From: Candidatus Marinacidobacterales bacterium | GTDB taxonomy: Bacteria; Acidobacteriota; Vicinamibacteria; Marinacidobacterales; DATDRI01 | Direction: 5' to 3' | Assembly (NCBI GenBank): GCA_965226495.1 | Contig: OZ245365.1 | Span: 896,001-960,000 of the forward strand | DNA length: 64,000 nucleotides | Shown here: in pieces, positions 31,846 through 41,122 of the stretch | Layout of the letters: each line of letters opens with the position of its first letter | Numbering within the stretch: the stretch's first letter is position 1 | Notes under the pieces: generated by a model | Seen by the model: only the letters and a program-made list of their open reading frames with translations | Databases searched by the model: none | Told to the model about the DNA's origin: nothing | Program-made: the position numbers and the translations under genes

Positions 31846-32095
31846 TGACCGGCTCCCTGTTGCTTTGTGCACGCTGGGGGTATATGGGATAGGTGCATGC
31901 ATCCCAGTGGAGCCCTATCCCTAAATCGCTGGAACGCTCGCCCGCTCTTCGCAAAGGCTCACCTCCGCTTCACTGTGATCATTCCTGATGGTTTTCTCTC
32001 GCAGAGTAATGCAATTGGCGTGCTTGCTCATGTGAGGTCACGACACGCCTGACGCCAGGGCTTAAGTTGCCTAGGCGTGAGAAAGGAGAACGATC

Positions 32096-35000
32096 ATGAG
32101 GGTACGGACATTGACGCTCGTTATTGCCGGGATGGCGTTGGCCTCTCAAGCTCCGCATCTTCAAGGAGAGACCGCCGAGCTGGCTTTCGATTCTTTATTC
32201 AATCTAGGTGCCGTCCTGGAAGATCGCAATGGGGATGGCATTGCCGACTTCGTCAACGTCCGGATCGTGGTTCCGGAGGCGGCCTCGCCATCCGACATCT
32301 CGGGAGCGGCAGAAATCGCCGCCCGGCTCGGCTACGAGACCACGGCAACGGACATACCGCTGGTTGTAGCCGACACCGGCATCGAGCCGGCCTCGGCCGG
32401 CCAACCGCTCATCCTCGTGGGCCGGAACAATAAATGGGTGGACGAGAAGAAACTCGGTTCGGGCCAGCTAGCGGCGGGCCAGGGCGCCGCTGTTCTGGTT
32501 GGCTCGGCTTTCGGCTCGAACGATGCTCTGATGGTCTTCGGGGCGGATGAAGCAGGGAGCTTGGCAGCGGCTCGAGCGGTCGCGAGCCGCGTTCCGTTTG
32601 TAGGAAAGATCGGCGGGGCCACGTTCGCGACGGTAGAAACGGATGTCGAAAACTTCCTTTCCGAAAAGGACATCCGACCAGCCTCCCCTCCGCGGTCGAC
32701 GCGAATGGTCACGGATTCGAGCCCGAATACCGTTAGGGTTTCGGTCGACGTGCGGCTCTCGAGTCAACAGCAAGTCCGAGCGGCGCAGGCGGCCCTTCGG
32801 TCGCTGGCGGGGGCGCACCGGCAGGGTCGAAGCGGGGAGGTTTTGAGCTACCCGGGGCTTACGAGTCTCGAAGTGGAGCTTTCTGCGGAGGGTCTCCGAA
32901 GGTCGGTGGTCATCCCGGGTGCGGCGGCTGTGGAGATGACGATGGCGGCTCCTCCGGGTAAGCCGGGGAGCAAACAGTTCGATCTCTCGAATCTTTACAG
33001 CATCGAGGGTCTGTTTGAAGACACCAACAACGACCTGATCCCGGACGCGAGCGTCACTGCTCTCATTCTGGGGGAGGGAAGCGCGCGGCCCGCGGTGGGC
33101 TGGCTGGCCACACGGCTGGGACTGGAATCGGCTGGAATCCGTCTGCCTCTCAGCGAGAGCGTTTCCAACCTTGAAGAGGTTCCCAAGGAGGGACATCCCA
33201 TCTTGATCGGAACCCAGGGAGATTTGATCGACCCTCTGCGAGAGCAGGGAAAACTCCGAGGCGGGGAGCTGGGTGCCGGGGAAGGGCTCGTGCAGGTGGT
33301 CCGTAAGGCGATTGACGACTCTGCCGCGGTGGTGGTGACCGGCGGGGACGAGGCGGGCTTGGACGCGGCGCTGGACTACGTGAGCCAGCGGCTGCCGCAC
33401 CTCGACGAGCGGGGCAAGGATCGGCCCACCCTGGGCGATGTGGTCGAGGAAGGAAGGAGATTTCTCGGCGCCCGCAACGCTTCCGGCCAAGCGGCCACCG
33501 CGATTTACAAGCTCGACCAGATGGTGTCGGACCTCGAGGGCAAAGATTTAGAGCGTCTCGAGGCGAAGGTTTTCATCGATAAGGCGAGCCCTGAGTTGAA
33601 GGGCTTCCTCGAGCAACGGCTTGGCTCGAAAGTCCGTGCCGACGAGCTAGAGGTTGAAGTAGCCAGCCTCAATATCCACGACTCGGTCACCTTGCATGAA
33701 GAGACGGTGGAGTTCCCTTGGGAGGTGGATGATTTCTGGAAGGTCTTCCGGGAGAAGCTTCTCCGTCGCGTGAAGTCGCGCTCGAAGGTGGAGCTCGAGG
33801 TGCGGCTCGGCGAGTCTCCCGAGATCCGGCGGGAGCTCGTGAAGCAGATCCGCTCCGAGCTGAAGCAGAAGGCCAAGAGGGGCACGGTGGAGGTTCAAGT
33901 GCTGTCCTCGTACAAGGCGGGCTACAGCTGGCTGACGGAAGTCGTCGCTCCGGCCATTCAGGGAAAGGACATCGGGAAGATCCGCGTCAGCTTTGCCGAG
34001 CTCAAGCCTGAAAAGTGGCAGGAGATCTACTCGAAGATCCGCTGGTTGCTGGAGCTTTACCCGGTCGATGAAGTGCTGGCTCGGGATCTGGGGATACCGC
34101 TGGGGTCGGTCGAGTTTGAGATGAAGGACGAAGACTCCCCGACCTACGAGGTCCTGGTGACCGACAAGCAAGGAGGAGAGCTCTACCGGGGAAGCTTCGA
34201 CGCGAAATACGTTATTCGTCCAATGTTCGACCAGTTTCCGGATTACGACAAAGTGCATGTGACAACGGGTTGGGTCACGGCCAAGGTGGACGGTAAGCCG
34301 GTGGTCGATGAGCGCATCGTGACCGACATCGAGAAATTCTGGGATCACTATCAAAAAGAAACGCTTCCTCGCGCTTACAGCCATATCATGGACCTGTACG
34401 AAGGCAAGCCGCGGGCGCGATACGCGCCTTACTTCGGAGAGCTGCGGGTCGATCTGACGATGAGCGAGCCCAACTTTCGCATCGGGATCGACGAGGAGAT
34501 CATCTCCTCGCTGGACGCCGTCCACGAGGACATCTATTTCGATACCATCGCCTTTTTCGACGTGATGGGCATGCGGACGTCGGAGGAAAAGCTCTGGCAT
34601 CCGGGCCGGATTCTGCCCTATATGCGCCCGACCGAGAAAGGAGGGCCGGGGAAAGCAGTGATCCGTTTCACCGGCAAGCCGGCCGGTTACCCTCGAGTGG
34701 TGGTTCGTTTCCAGGAGCGAGGCGGTGAGACGACGGAGCGCAAGCTGGAGATCGCGCCGATGGAGATCGACCCCCCTCGGGCGGCAGCGGTGAGGGTGCG
34801 TGGGGGCTCCAATCGTCTGGAGAAGCTATTCCTGGAATGCAAGGTCGACACCGAGCGGGATGAGAGGGAGGCTCTCTTGCTCCGGGCGCGAGAGGAGCAG
34901 GTGGACCGTTTGATCCTCTCCCAGGAGCAGGCGGTGGCGATGGTGGAGGCGTTAGCGGAGCTGCAGCAGAGGGGGCTTTACACCGAGGCGTTTGGGTATC

Positions 35001-36292
35001 CGGCTCTCGAGGAGCTCGATTTCGTCTTTCAAGTGGGAGAAAAAGAGGCAGCCGCCTCACTGCGGTCCAGCGGGAAGAAACCACAACAGGATATCAAGAC
35101 TGTAGCGAAAGGCTATCAACACCGGGGGGAGCGTATCGTTCATTGGGATGCTCCGATCAGCCCCAAGGAAGCCGAGCAAATGGTGGCGAAGCTAGACACT
35201 TTCCCCGAGTTCACGGCCTATCACGCCGGCCGGTCGTTTCTGGGCCAGGACATCTGGGCGATGGATGTGATGCTGCCGGTGGAAGCCAGTCACTGGTCCC
35301 AGGCCAAGGCCAGCACCGTCAAGCCGGTCCTCATTATCTCGGGCCGCCAACACGCCAACGAGGTTTCGAGCACCAGCCACATACTCCGTCTCGCCGAGCT
35401 AGTGGCCACCAAGGAGGAGTACAAGCGTTATCTCGAGCGGGTCAACGTGGTCATCCACCCGATTACCAACCCGGACGGCGCCGCGCTTGCCTATGAGTTT
35501 TACCAGATCACCCCCGACTTCATCCTACATGCGGGCTATCTCGGCTCGCTCGGAATCGATATGACCACCCAGATGTGGGAGAAGGATCCTATCTACCCGG
35601 AGGCGAAGGTCCGTACCGAGCTGTGGAGAACCTGGCTTCCGGACATCTTCCTCAATCCGCACGGCTACCCCAAGCACGAGTGGGTGCAGTACTTCGCCGG
35701 CTACGCGGCCTGGGTGCGGGCCCGCTTCCCCACGAACCACGCGTGGGCCGGCCCTCGGGGCTGGTACACCAGCGTACGCTATGTGGACGACCCCAAGTAC
35801 CCGCACCACAAGGAGGTTGCTTTCGCCCTGCGTGACTACGTCGTCAAAGGTATCCTCAGCGAGCCGGCGGTGATGGCAATGAACGAGCGCATGTACTCCC
35901 GCTATGACCGGTACGGGGGGAGGTTCGATCCCGAGAACTTCAAACGCGACTACTATGAGCGTGTCCGCATTTATGAGGCGCTCAAGGGAGGGAAGCCGGA
36001 CCCGAAATCGAGCGATTTTGGCACGCGCTACCCGAACGTCACGGTCAAATCATGGGGCACGGAGGCTCCCGACGAAACCGCCTATGGAGATTGGATGAAG
36101 CTGGTTGCCTCCGCCGGGTTTCAGTTCGACTTGGCCAACCTGAAATATCTCTACGATTCCACCTATGAAGTGAAAAGAACCCACGAGCGTCTTGGGGAAA
36201 CGGTACGGTTTGCGACAATTAGGCCGAGGCCGCCTCGGCCGGGTAAGTCGAGTACGTCGAGTACTGAAGAGAAGCCCACATCCGAACCGTAA
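32096..36292 (+). CDS. Giant secreted M14-family zinc metallopeptidase-like protein, paralog A
   Basis: AAAGGAG RBS, signal peptide, two repeated N-terminal modules; C-terminal RQHANE, TNPDG, NPHGYP, TEAPDE. Confidence 0.8.
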   Translation: MRVRTLTLVIAGMALASQAPHLQGETAELAFDSLFNLGAVLEDRNGDGIADFVNVRIVVPEAASPSDISGAAEIAARLGYETTATDIPLVVADTGIEPASAGQPLILVGRNNKWVDEKKLGSGQLAAGQGAAVLVGSAFGSNDALMVFGADEAGSLAAARAVASRVPFVGKIGGATFATVETDVENFLSEKDIRPASPPRSTRMVTDSSPNTVRVSVDVRLSSQQQVRAAQAALRSLAGAHRQGRSGEVLSYPGLTSLEVELSAEGLRRSVVIPGAAAVEMTMAAPPGKPGSKQFDLSNLYSIEGLFEDTNNDLIPDASVTALILGEGSARPAVGWLATRLGLESAGIRLPLSESVSNLEEVPKEGHPILIGTQGDLIDPLREQGKLRGGELGAGEGLVQVVRKAIDDSAAVVVTGGDEAGLDAALDYVSQRLPHLDERGKDRPTLGDVVEEGRRFLGARNASGQAATAIYKLDQMVSDLEGKDLERLEAKVFIDKASPELKGFLEQRLGSKVRADELEVEVASLNIHDSVTLHEETVEFPWEVDDFWKVFREKLLRRVKSRSKVELEVRLGESPEIRRELVKQIRSELKQKAKRGTVEVQVLSSYKAGYSWLTEVVAPAIQGKDIGKIRVSFAELKPEKWQEIYSKIRWLLELYPVDEVLARDLGIPLGSVEFEMKDEDSPTYEVLVTDKQGGELYRGSFDAKYVIRPMFDQFPDYDKVHVTTGWVTAKVDGKPVVDERIVTDIEKFWDHYQKETLPRAYSHIMDLYEGKPRARYAPYFGELRVDLTMSEPNFRIGIDEEIISSLDAVHEDIYFDTIAFFDVMGMRTSEEKLWHPGRILPYMRPTEKGGPGKAVIRFTGKPAGYPRVVVRFQERGGETTERKLEIAPMEIDPPRAAAVRVRGGSNRLEKLFLECKVDTERDEREALLLRAREEQVDRLILSQEQAVAMVEALAELQQRGLYTEAFGYPALEELDFVFQVGEKEAAASLRSSGKKPQQDIKTVAKGYQHRGERIVHWDAPISPKEAEQMVAKLDTFPEFTAYHAGRSFLGQDIWAMDVMLPVEASHWSQAKASTVKPVLIISGRQHANEVSSTSHILRLAELVATKEEYKRYLERVNVVIHPITNPDGAALAYEFYQITPDFILHAGYLGSLGIDMTTQMWEKDPIYPEAKVRTELWRTWLPDIFLNPHGYPKHEWVQYFAGYAAWVRARFPTNHAWAGPRGWYTSVRYVDDPKYPHHKEVAFALRDYVVKGILSEPAVMAMNERMYSRYDRYGGRFDPENFKRDYYERVRIYEALKGGKPDPKSSDFGTRYPNVTVKSWGTEAPDETAYGDWMKLVASAGFQFDLANLKYLYDSTYEVKRTHERLGETVRFATIRPRPPRPGKSSTSSTEEKPTSEP

Positions 36293-36357
36293 CAAAGGGT
36301 GCACGGAGAAAGAGAACGTCTGGCTCACACTGACAATTGAAACGGTGTAAGAAACTG

Positions 36358-38595
36358 ATGGCCCATCGTCCTCTGCTGGTGGGAGGAGGCCCGCTCCGGC
36401 CGGTCCGGGCTCTTCTCGTCCTCACCACGCTCCTCTTGGTCGGGACGGAGGAACTTGCCGCGAGCCCTCGTCAGGTTCAGGCGGCCGCCGAACACGAAAC
36501 CGTCCTGCGCGCGATCCCGGTGTCTGAGCCTCCGAGACTAGATGGGGTTCTGGACGAGCCGCTCTGGCAGGACGCTCCTCTGTTCGACAGGTTCCTCCAG
36601 CAAGTTCCGGACGAGGGGAAGCCGGCCACGGAAAGAACGGAAGTCCGGATCGTTTACACTCGTGACAAGCTGTATTTCGGGGTCATGGTGTTTTACAGCG
36701 ATCCGAACAAGATGATTGCCAACGAGCTTCGCTACGATCAGGCTCGCATGTATGCCCAGGATGACACCTTCTCCATCATGCTGGACACCTTTCACGACCA
36801 TCGTAACGGCTATCTGTTCCTCATCAACGCACTAGGGACGCGCAACGAATGGGCCTGCACCGAGGAAGGGCGTCACTGGAACCGATACTGGGATCCGGTG
36901 TGGGACGTGGCGACCCGGGTGGGGCCCGACGGGTGGTCGGCGGAGGTGGAAATTCCTTTCAAGAGCCTTCGCTATGACGGTGAGAGTGGCGAGTGGGGCA
37001 TCAACCTCCGTCGGGCGATTCTGTATAAGAACGAGTGGGTTCACGCGACCCTCATTCCGCCTGGGTATAACCACCCCTCTCAAGGAATCGGGAAGCTGTC
37101 TTCGGCGGCGGTGCTCGAGGGGCTGGACGGCATCACCGAAAGCCGGAACCTCGAGTTCAAACCGTTTGTAACTGCCGCGGCAGTCGAGACTGACGTCGAA
37201 ATCCCCGGAGTTGTTCCAAGCAGCGACATCCAGCCGGGGATCGACATCAAGTACGGGTTTACGCCCAACCTGAACCTCGACCTGACCGTCAACACCGACT
37301 TTTCCCACGTCGAGGTGGACCAGCAGCAAATCAACCTCACTCGTTTCGGACTCTTCTTTCCGGAGAAACGTGCGTTTTTTCAAGAGGGCCAAGGAATCTT
37401 CGACTTCGGCCAGGGGCGAGGGAACTACCGCGTGCTGCCCTTCTTTAGTCGAAGAATCGGACTAGAGGACGGCCGACCGGTACCTATTCGCGCCGGAGCC
37501 CGGCTCACCGGAAAGCTCGGCCCCTATAGTTTGGGTTTGCTCGGGATGCGGACCAAGGACGCGGGCCTCTACCCCGCCACATCGTTCTCCGCCCTCCGGC
37601 TCAAGCGAGACGTTCTCCAGAGGTCGAGCCTCGGTCTTCTTTTTACCGATCGCCGGCCGACCGGACCCGTCAATTCCTCAGCCAACCAGGTGGCGGGGCT
37701 CGACGCCAATTTCGCCTTCTTTGCCAAGAGCAAGGTGGATCTGTTCTGGGCCCGAAGCAATCAGGACGCACCCGGTCAGAGCTCCACTTCTTACCGCGCC
37801 CACCTACTTCTGGAGAGCGATCTGCTGGGTTTAGAAACGGACTGGATGCAGGTGGGCGACACCTTTAGTCCGGAAGTGGGTTTCGTCCAGAGAGACGATA
37901 TGGACCGGCGCTACCTCGGGCTGCAGGTGAGTCCGCGGCCGGGCCGGTGGGGCATGCGCAAGGTCTACTTTCGCTCCTCTGTGGACTATGTTGAAAACCT
38001 TCGGGGGCTACTCGAGACCCGTCACCTGGCGAGCGGCATCGAGATCGAGTTCGACAACGCCGATGAGCTCTCCGGCAATTGGGTGCGCTCTTACGAGGCC
38101 CTCGAACAACCCTTCTTAGTCGCGGGGCTTTTGGCGGTCGCACCGGGCGAGTATCGTTTCGACCATTGGAACGCTCGTTTCGTGTCTTCCCAACACCGCA
38201 ACGTTTCGGCAACGGTCGACCTGAGGGGCGGGGGCTTCTTCGACGGCACTCGTCGAGACCTCGGTGCGGCTACGAAGCTCAAGGTCAACCAGCATTTATT
38301 CTTTGACCTCGACTACTCGACCAGTGATATACGGCTCTTGGCGGGAGATCTCCGAACCCATCTGGCGGGTCTCAGAAGCAGTGTGGCTCTGAACACTCGG
38401 CTGTTTGGTGCCGCAGTGGTGCAGTGGAATAGCGTGAGCCGGGAGTTCGGAGTGAATGTTCGACTGCGCTACACGTATCGCCCGGGGAGTGACTTTTACA
38501 TCGTCTTCAACGAACGCATGACGCGCCCGGGCGATCTCTGGTTTTTGAACGAAAGAAGCCTCACCGTCAAATGGACTTACCTGTTTCAGGTCTAA
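36358..38595 (+). CDS. CBM9-like/DUF5916 outer-membrane beta-barrel protein, paralog 1
   Basis: PRLDGVLDEPLW, GWSAEVEIPFKSLRY, NTDFSHVEVD, FFPEKRAFFQEG, FFSRRIG; C-terminal KWTYLFQV. Confidence 0.8.
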   Translation: MAHRPLLVGGGPLRPVRALLVLTTLLLVGTEELAASPRQVQAAAEHETVLRAIPVSEPPRLDGVLDEPLWQDAPLFDRFLQQVPDEGKPATERTEVRIVYTRDKLYFGVMVFYSDPNKMIANELRYDQARMYAQDDTFSIMLDTFHDHRNGYLFLINALGTRNEWACTEEGRHWNRYWDPVWDVATRVGPDGWSAEVEIPFKSLRYDGESGEWGINLRRAILYKNEWVHATLIPPGYNHPSQGIGKLSSAAVLEGLDGITESRNLEFKPFVTAAAVETDVEIPGVVPSSDIQPGIDIKYGFTPNLNLDLTVNTDFSHVEVDQQQINLTRFGLFFPEKRAFFQEGQGIFDFGQGRGNYRVLPFFSRRIGLEDGRPVPIRAGARLTGKLGPYSLGLLGMRTKDAGLYPATSFSALRLKRDVLQRSSLGLLFTDRRPTGPVNSSANQVAGLDANFAFFAKSKVDLFWARSNQDAPGQSSTSYRAHLLLESDLLGLETDWMQVGDTFSPEVGFVQRDDMDRRYLGLQVSPRPGRWGMRKVYFRSSVDYVENLRGLLETRHLASGIEIEFDNADELSGNWVRSYEALEQPFLVAGLLAVAPGEYRFDHWNARFVSSQHRNVSATVDLRGGGFFDGTRRDLGAATKLKVNQHLFFDLDYSTSDIRLLAGDLRTHLAGLRSSVALNTRLFGAAVVQWNSVSREFGVNVRLRYTYRPGSDFYIVFNERMTRPGDLWFLNERSLTVKWTYLFQV

Positions 38596-39455
38596 GCTTC
38601 CGGCAACAATCCCAGCGCTTTCGCCTGATCCAGTGTTCGCTTGGCTCCTTTGAGGTGGAGCTCTTCAATCAGCTCCCCGTCCAAGCTCGTCACCGAGCTG
38701 CCCTGTTTCATGGCTTTTTCCATCGCCGCCGCGACTTTCGTTGCACGGGCCACCTCGGACGGCGTGGGCGAGAAGATCTCATTAATGGTAGCAACCTGGG
38801 CCGGATGGACCGCGGTCTTGCCGTCGAAGCCTAGCAAGCGAGCGCGGCGAGCGCTGCGGTCGAGCGCCTCGTCGTCGAGGTACTCGAAGGTGGGTGTGTC
38901 GAAGGCGAATACATCCGTGCCGGCGGCTCGAGCCGCGTGGACCACTTGACTCCGGGCGAAGAAAATCTCGCGCTCCTCGGCGTCCGGTTGCATCCGCATG
39001 CTTTCCCGGTAGTCCGCGGCGCCAAGGACGAGCCCGGCGACCCGCGGCGAGCACCGTGCCAGCGAAGCGACGTTCAGCACTCCCGCCGCCGTCTCAATCA
39101 TCAGGAACAAGGGCGTCGCCTCGCCAAGCTTCTCGTCCACCGGGGTCACGTCATCTTCATCGCTTACCTTGGGAAGCACCACGCCGTCGGGGCGAATGCC
39201 GGCGATGGCCTCGATGTCTCGGGCTCCCCAGGGAGAGGAGAGAGAATTGGCACGGACGAAGACCTCGGCCCCTCCAAAATCGACTTCTGGAATGAGCCGG
39301 GCGACTTGCTCGCGAGCCTGGTCCTTGGCGTCGGGATGGACGCCGTCCTCGAGATCCAGGATCAGGACATCGGCGCCCCGGCGTCCGGCCTTCCGGATCA
39401 TCTTCTCAGAGGATCCCGGGGTGTATAGAAGTGAGCGCTTCAGCGGGGCTGCCAT
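38592..39455 (-). CDS. CitE/HpcH-family acyl-CoA lyase (citryl/malyl/citramalyl-CoA lyase-like)
   Basis: RSLLYTPG, ILDLEDGV, MIETAAG, LGAADY, GFDGKTAVHP; start placed at ATG 39455. Confidence 0.9.
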   Translation of the reverse strand: MAAPLKRSLLYTPGSSEKMIRKAGRRGADVLILDLEDGVHPDAKDQAREQVARLIPEVDFGGAEVFVRANSLSSPWGARDIEAIAGIRPDGVVLPKVSDEDDVTPVDEKLGEATPLFLMIETAAGVLNVASLARCSPRVAGLVLGAADYRESMRMQPDAEEREIFFARSQVVHAARAAGTDVFAFDTPTFEYLDDEALDRSARRARLLGFDGKTAVHPAQVATINEIFSPTPSEVARATKVAAAMEKAMKQGSSVTSLDGELIEELHLKGAKRTLDQAKALGLLPEA

Positions 39456-39526
39456 GCCGGGTATGGTAGCTGCGGCCGCAGCTCCGCCGCCACCATCATC
39501 AGCCCTCCGTCTCCGGTGAGCCGGTT

Positions 39527-39622
39527 TCTTGAAAGGCAACACACTTGCGGTACTATACCAGGCACAACCTGTCGGAACATCAAGACGGGTGCGGAAATCT
39601 CGCGTTCTTACGTCAATCTGGA
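39527..39622 (-). promoter_or_regulatory. Duplicated ~95-bp non-coding element, copy 2 (between divergent citE-like and prpD-like genes)
   Basis: Aligns with 19167-19260; contains minus-strand TGgTATAGT. Confidence 0.6.
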
Positions 39623-39628
39623 GGTCGG

Positions 39629-40984
39629 ATGATGGTTGAAGCATCCGTTACCGAACGTCTTGCGCGCTGGCTGACTAGATGGCGCGAGGCGGGGTTACCG
39701 CAAGCGGTTCTGGAAACTTCTCAAGGTTATCTCCTCGATTGGTTGGGCTCCGCGCTCGCCGGGACGGCCACCGGACCCGGAGCCAAGCTGCTTGACTATG
39801 CGCAGGCTCAGCCGCCCGGACCTTGCGGTCTGGTCGGGAGCGATTTGTCCCGGTCGGCGGAGGTTGCCGCTCTTGTGAACGGCGGTCTCTCGCACATTGT
39901 CGAGATGGACGACGTGGATCGTGGATCGGTGGTGCACCCGGCCGCCGTCGTCATTCCGGCTGCCTTGGCCGTGGCGCAGCGGGAGGACCTGAACGGCAGA
40001 GACTTCCTTTCGGCGGTGGTGGCGGGTTACGAGGTGGCCATTCGTGTGGGCGAGGCGGTCGGTAAGCGACACTACTACTACTTCCACAACACGGGGACGT
40101 GTGGTGTTTTCGGTGCCGCGGCGGCGGTGGGCTGGCTTCTGGGACTGACGGAAGACCAGCTGGTATGGGCTTTGGGGAACGCGGGTACTCAATCGTCCGG
40201 CCTTTGGGAGTTCAAGGCGGACGGCGCGATGACGAAGCACCTGCATACCGGGCGCGCAGCGGCTAGTGGTGTTCTCGCCGCTGACCTGGCGGCGAGAGGC
40301 TTCACCGGCCCGCGCCGCATCCTGGACGGAGAGCGGGGACTTTTCGCCGCTACGGCTCCGGACGCCGCTCCCGAGCGGGTTGTCGACGGACTCGACGCTC
40401 GTTCGCCGATCTTTAAGATCGGTGGCGTCTCCATCAAACCCCACGCGTCTTGTCGTCACACGCACGCCGCCATCGATTTGGCATTGACGCTTCGGAGCCG
40501 ACTCGAAGGCCGCTCGGTCGATCGTGTCGAGATCGACACCTACCAGGCGGCGCTCGATCTCTGCGACGACCCCGGTCCTCAAACACCTTATGCCGCGCAG
40601 TTCAGCTTGCAGTACTGCGTCTCCTTAGCCCTCGAGCGAGGTCATGTCACGCTCGAGGATTTCACGCCCGCGAGTATGACCGACCCGGCTGTCGGCGACC
40701 TGCTGCCTCGAATCACCGCTGCGGCCCGACCGGATCTCGAGGCGCGCTATCCGCTCGAGTGGCCGGCTCGTATCCGTCTCGTGTTGGAGGGCGGCGAGAA
40801 GTTGGACGGCGCGGTAACTCACCCCCGGGGAGACCCCGAATCGCCACTCACCCGAGCCGAGCTCGAAGAAAAGTTTCGGATGCTTGCATCTTATGGCGGC
40901 CACGCCGCGCGGGCGGATGGTTTGCTGTCCTGGGTGTTTGGCCTCATCAAAGACGCCCCCGTCGCTCACGCCGCGACTGCCTGA
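39629..40984 (+). CDS. MmgE/PrpD family protein
   Basis: SHIVEMDDV, HPAAVVIPAALA, KHLHTG, KPHASCRHTH, AQFSLQY; GGAGG RBS. Confidence 0.92.
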   Translation: MMVEASVTERLARWLTRWREAGLPQAVLETSQGYLLDWLGSALAGTATGPGAKLLDYAQAQPPGPCGLVGSDLSRSAEVAALVNGGLSHIVEMDDVDRGSVVHPAAVVIPAALAVAQREDLNGRDFLSAVVAGYEVAIRVGEAVGKRHYYYFHNTGTCGVFGAAAAVGWLLGLTEDQLVWALGNAGTQSSGLWEFKADGAMTKHLHTGRAAASGVLAADLAARGFTGPRRILDGERGLFAATAPDAAPERVVDGLDARSPIFKIGGVSIKPHASCRHTHAAIDLALTLRSRLEGRSVDRVEIDTYQAALDLCDDPGPQTPYAAQFSLQYCVSLALERGHVTLEDFTPASMTDPAVGDLLPRITAAARPDLEARYPLEWPARIRLVLEGGEKLDGAVTHPRGDPESPLTRAELEEKFRMLASYGGHAARADGLLSWVFGLIKDAPVAHAATA

Positions 40985-41122
40985 CCATCATTCAGTACCC
41001 CCGCCTCGGTGGGAATGGCGCCACGGCACTGGATCGTGCTTAAATGCCGAGAATCTCGGCAGGCGTTCACGCCCACAAGACCCTCAATTGGACGCGACGC
41101 CAACTCTAACCGACAAACGTTG

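Noticed and set aside
38592-39644. Long N-terminal extensions of the citE-like, prpD-like and acyl-CoA dehydrogenase ORFs
   Set aside because: They run through the duplicated non-coding element, and family homology starts at the downstream ATGs.
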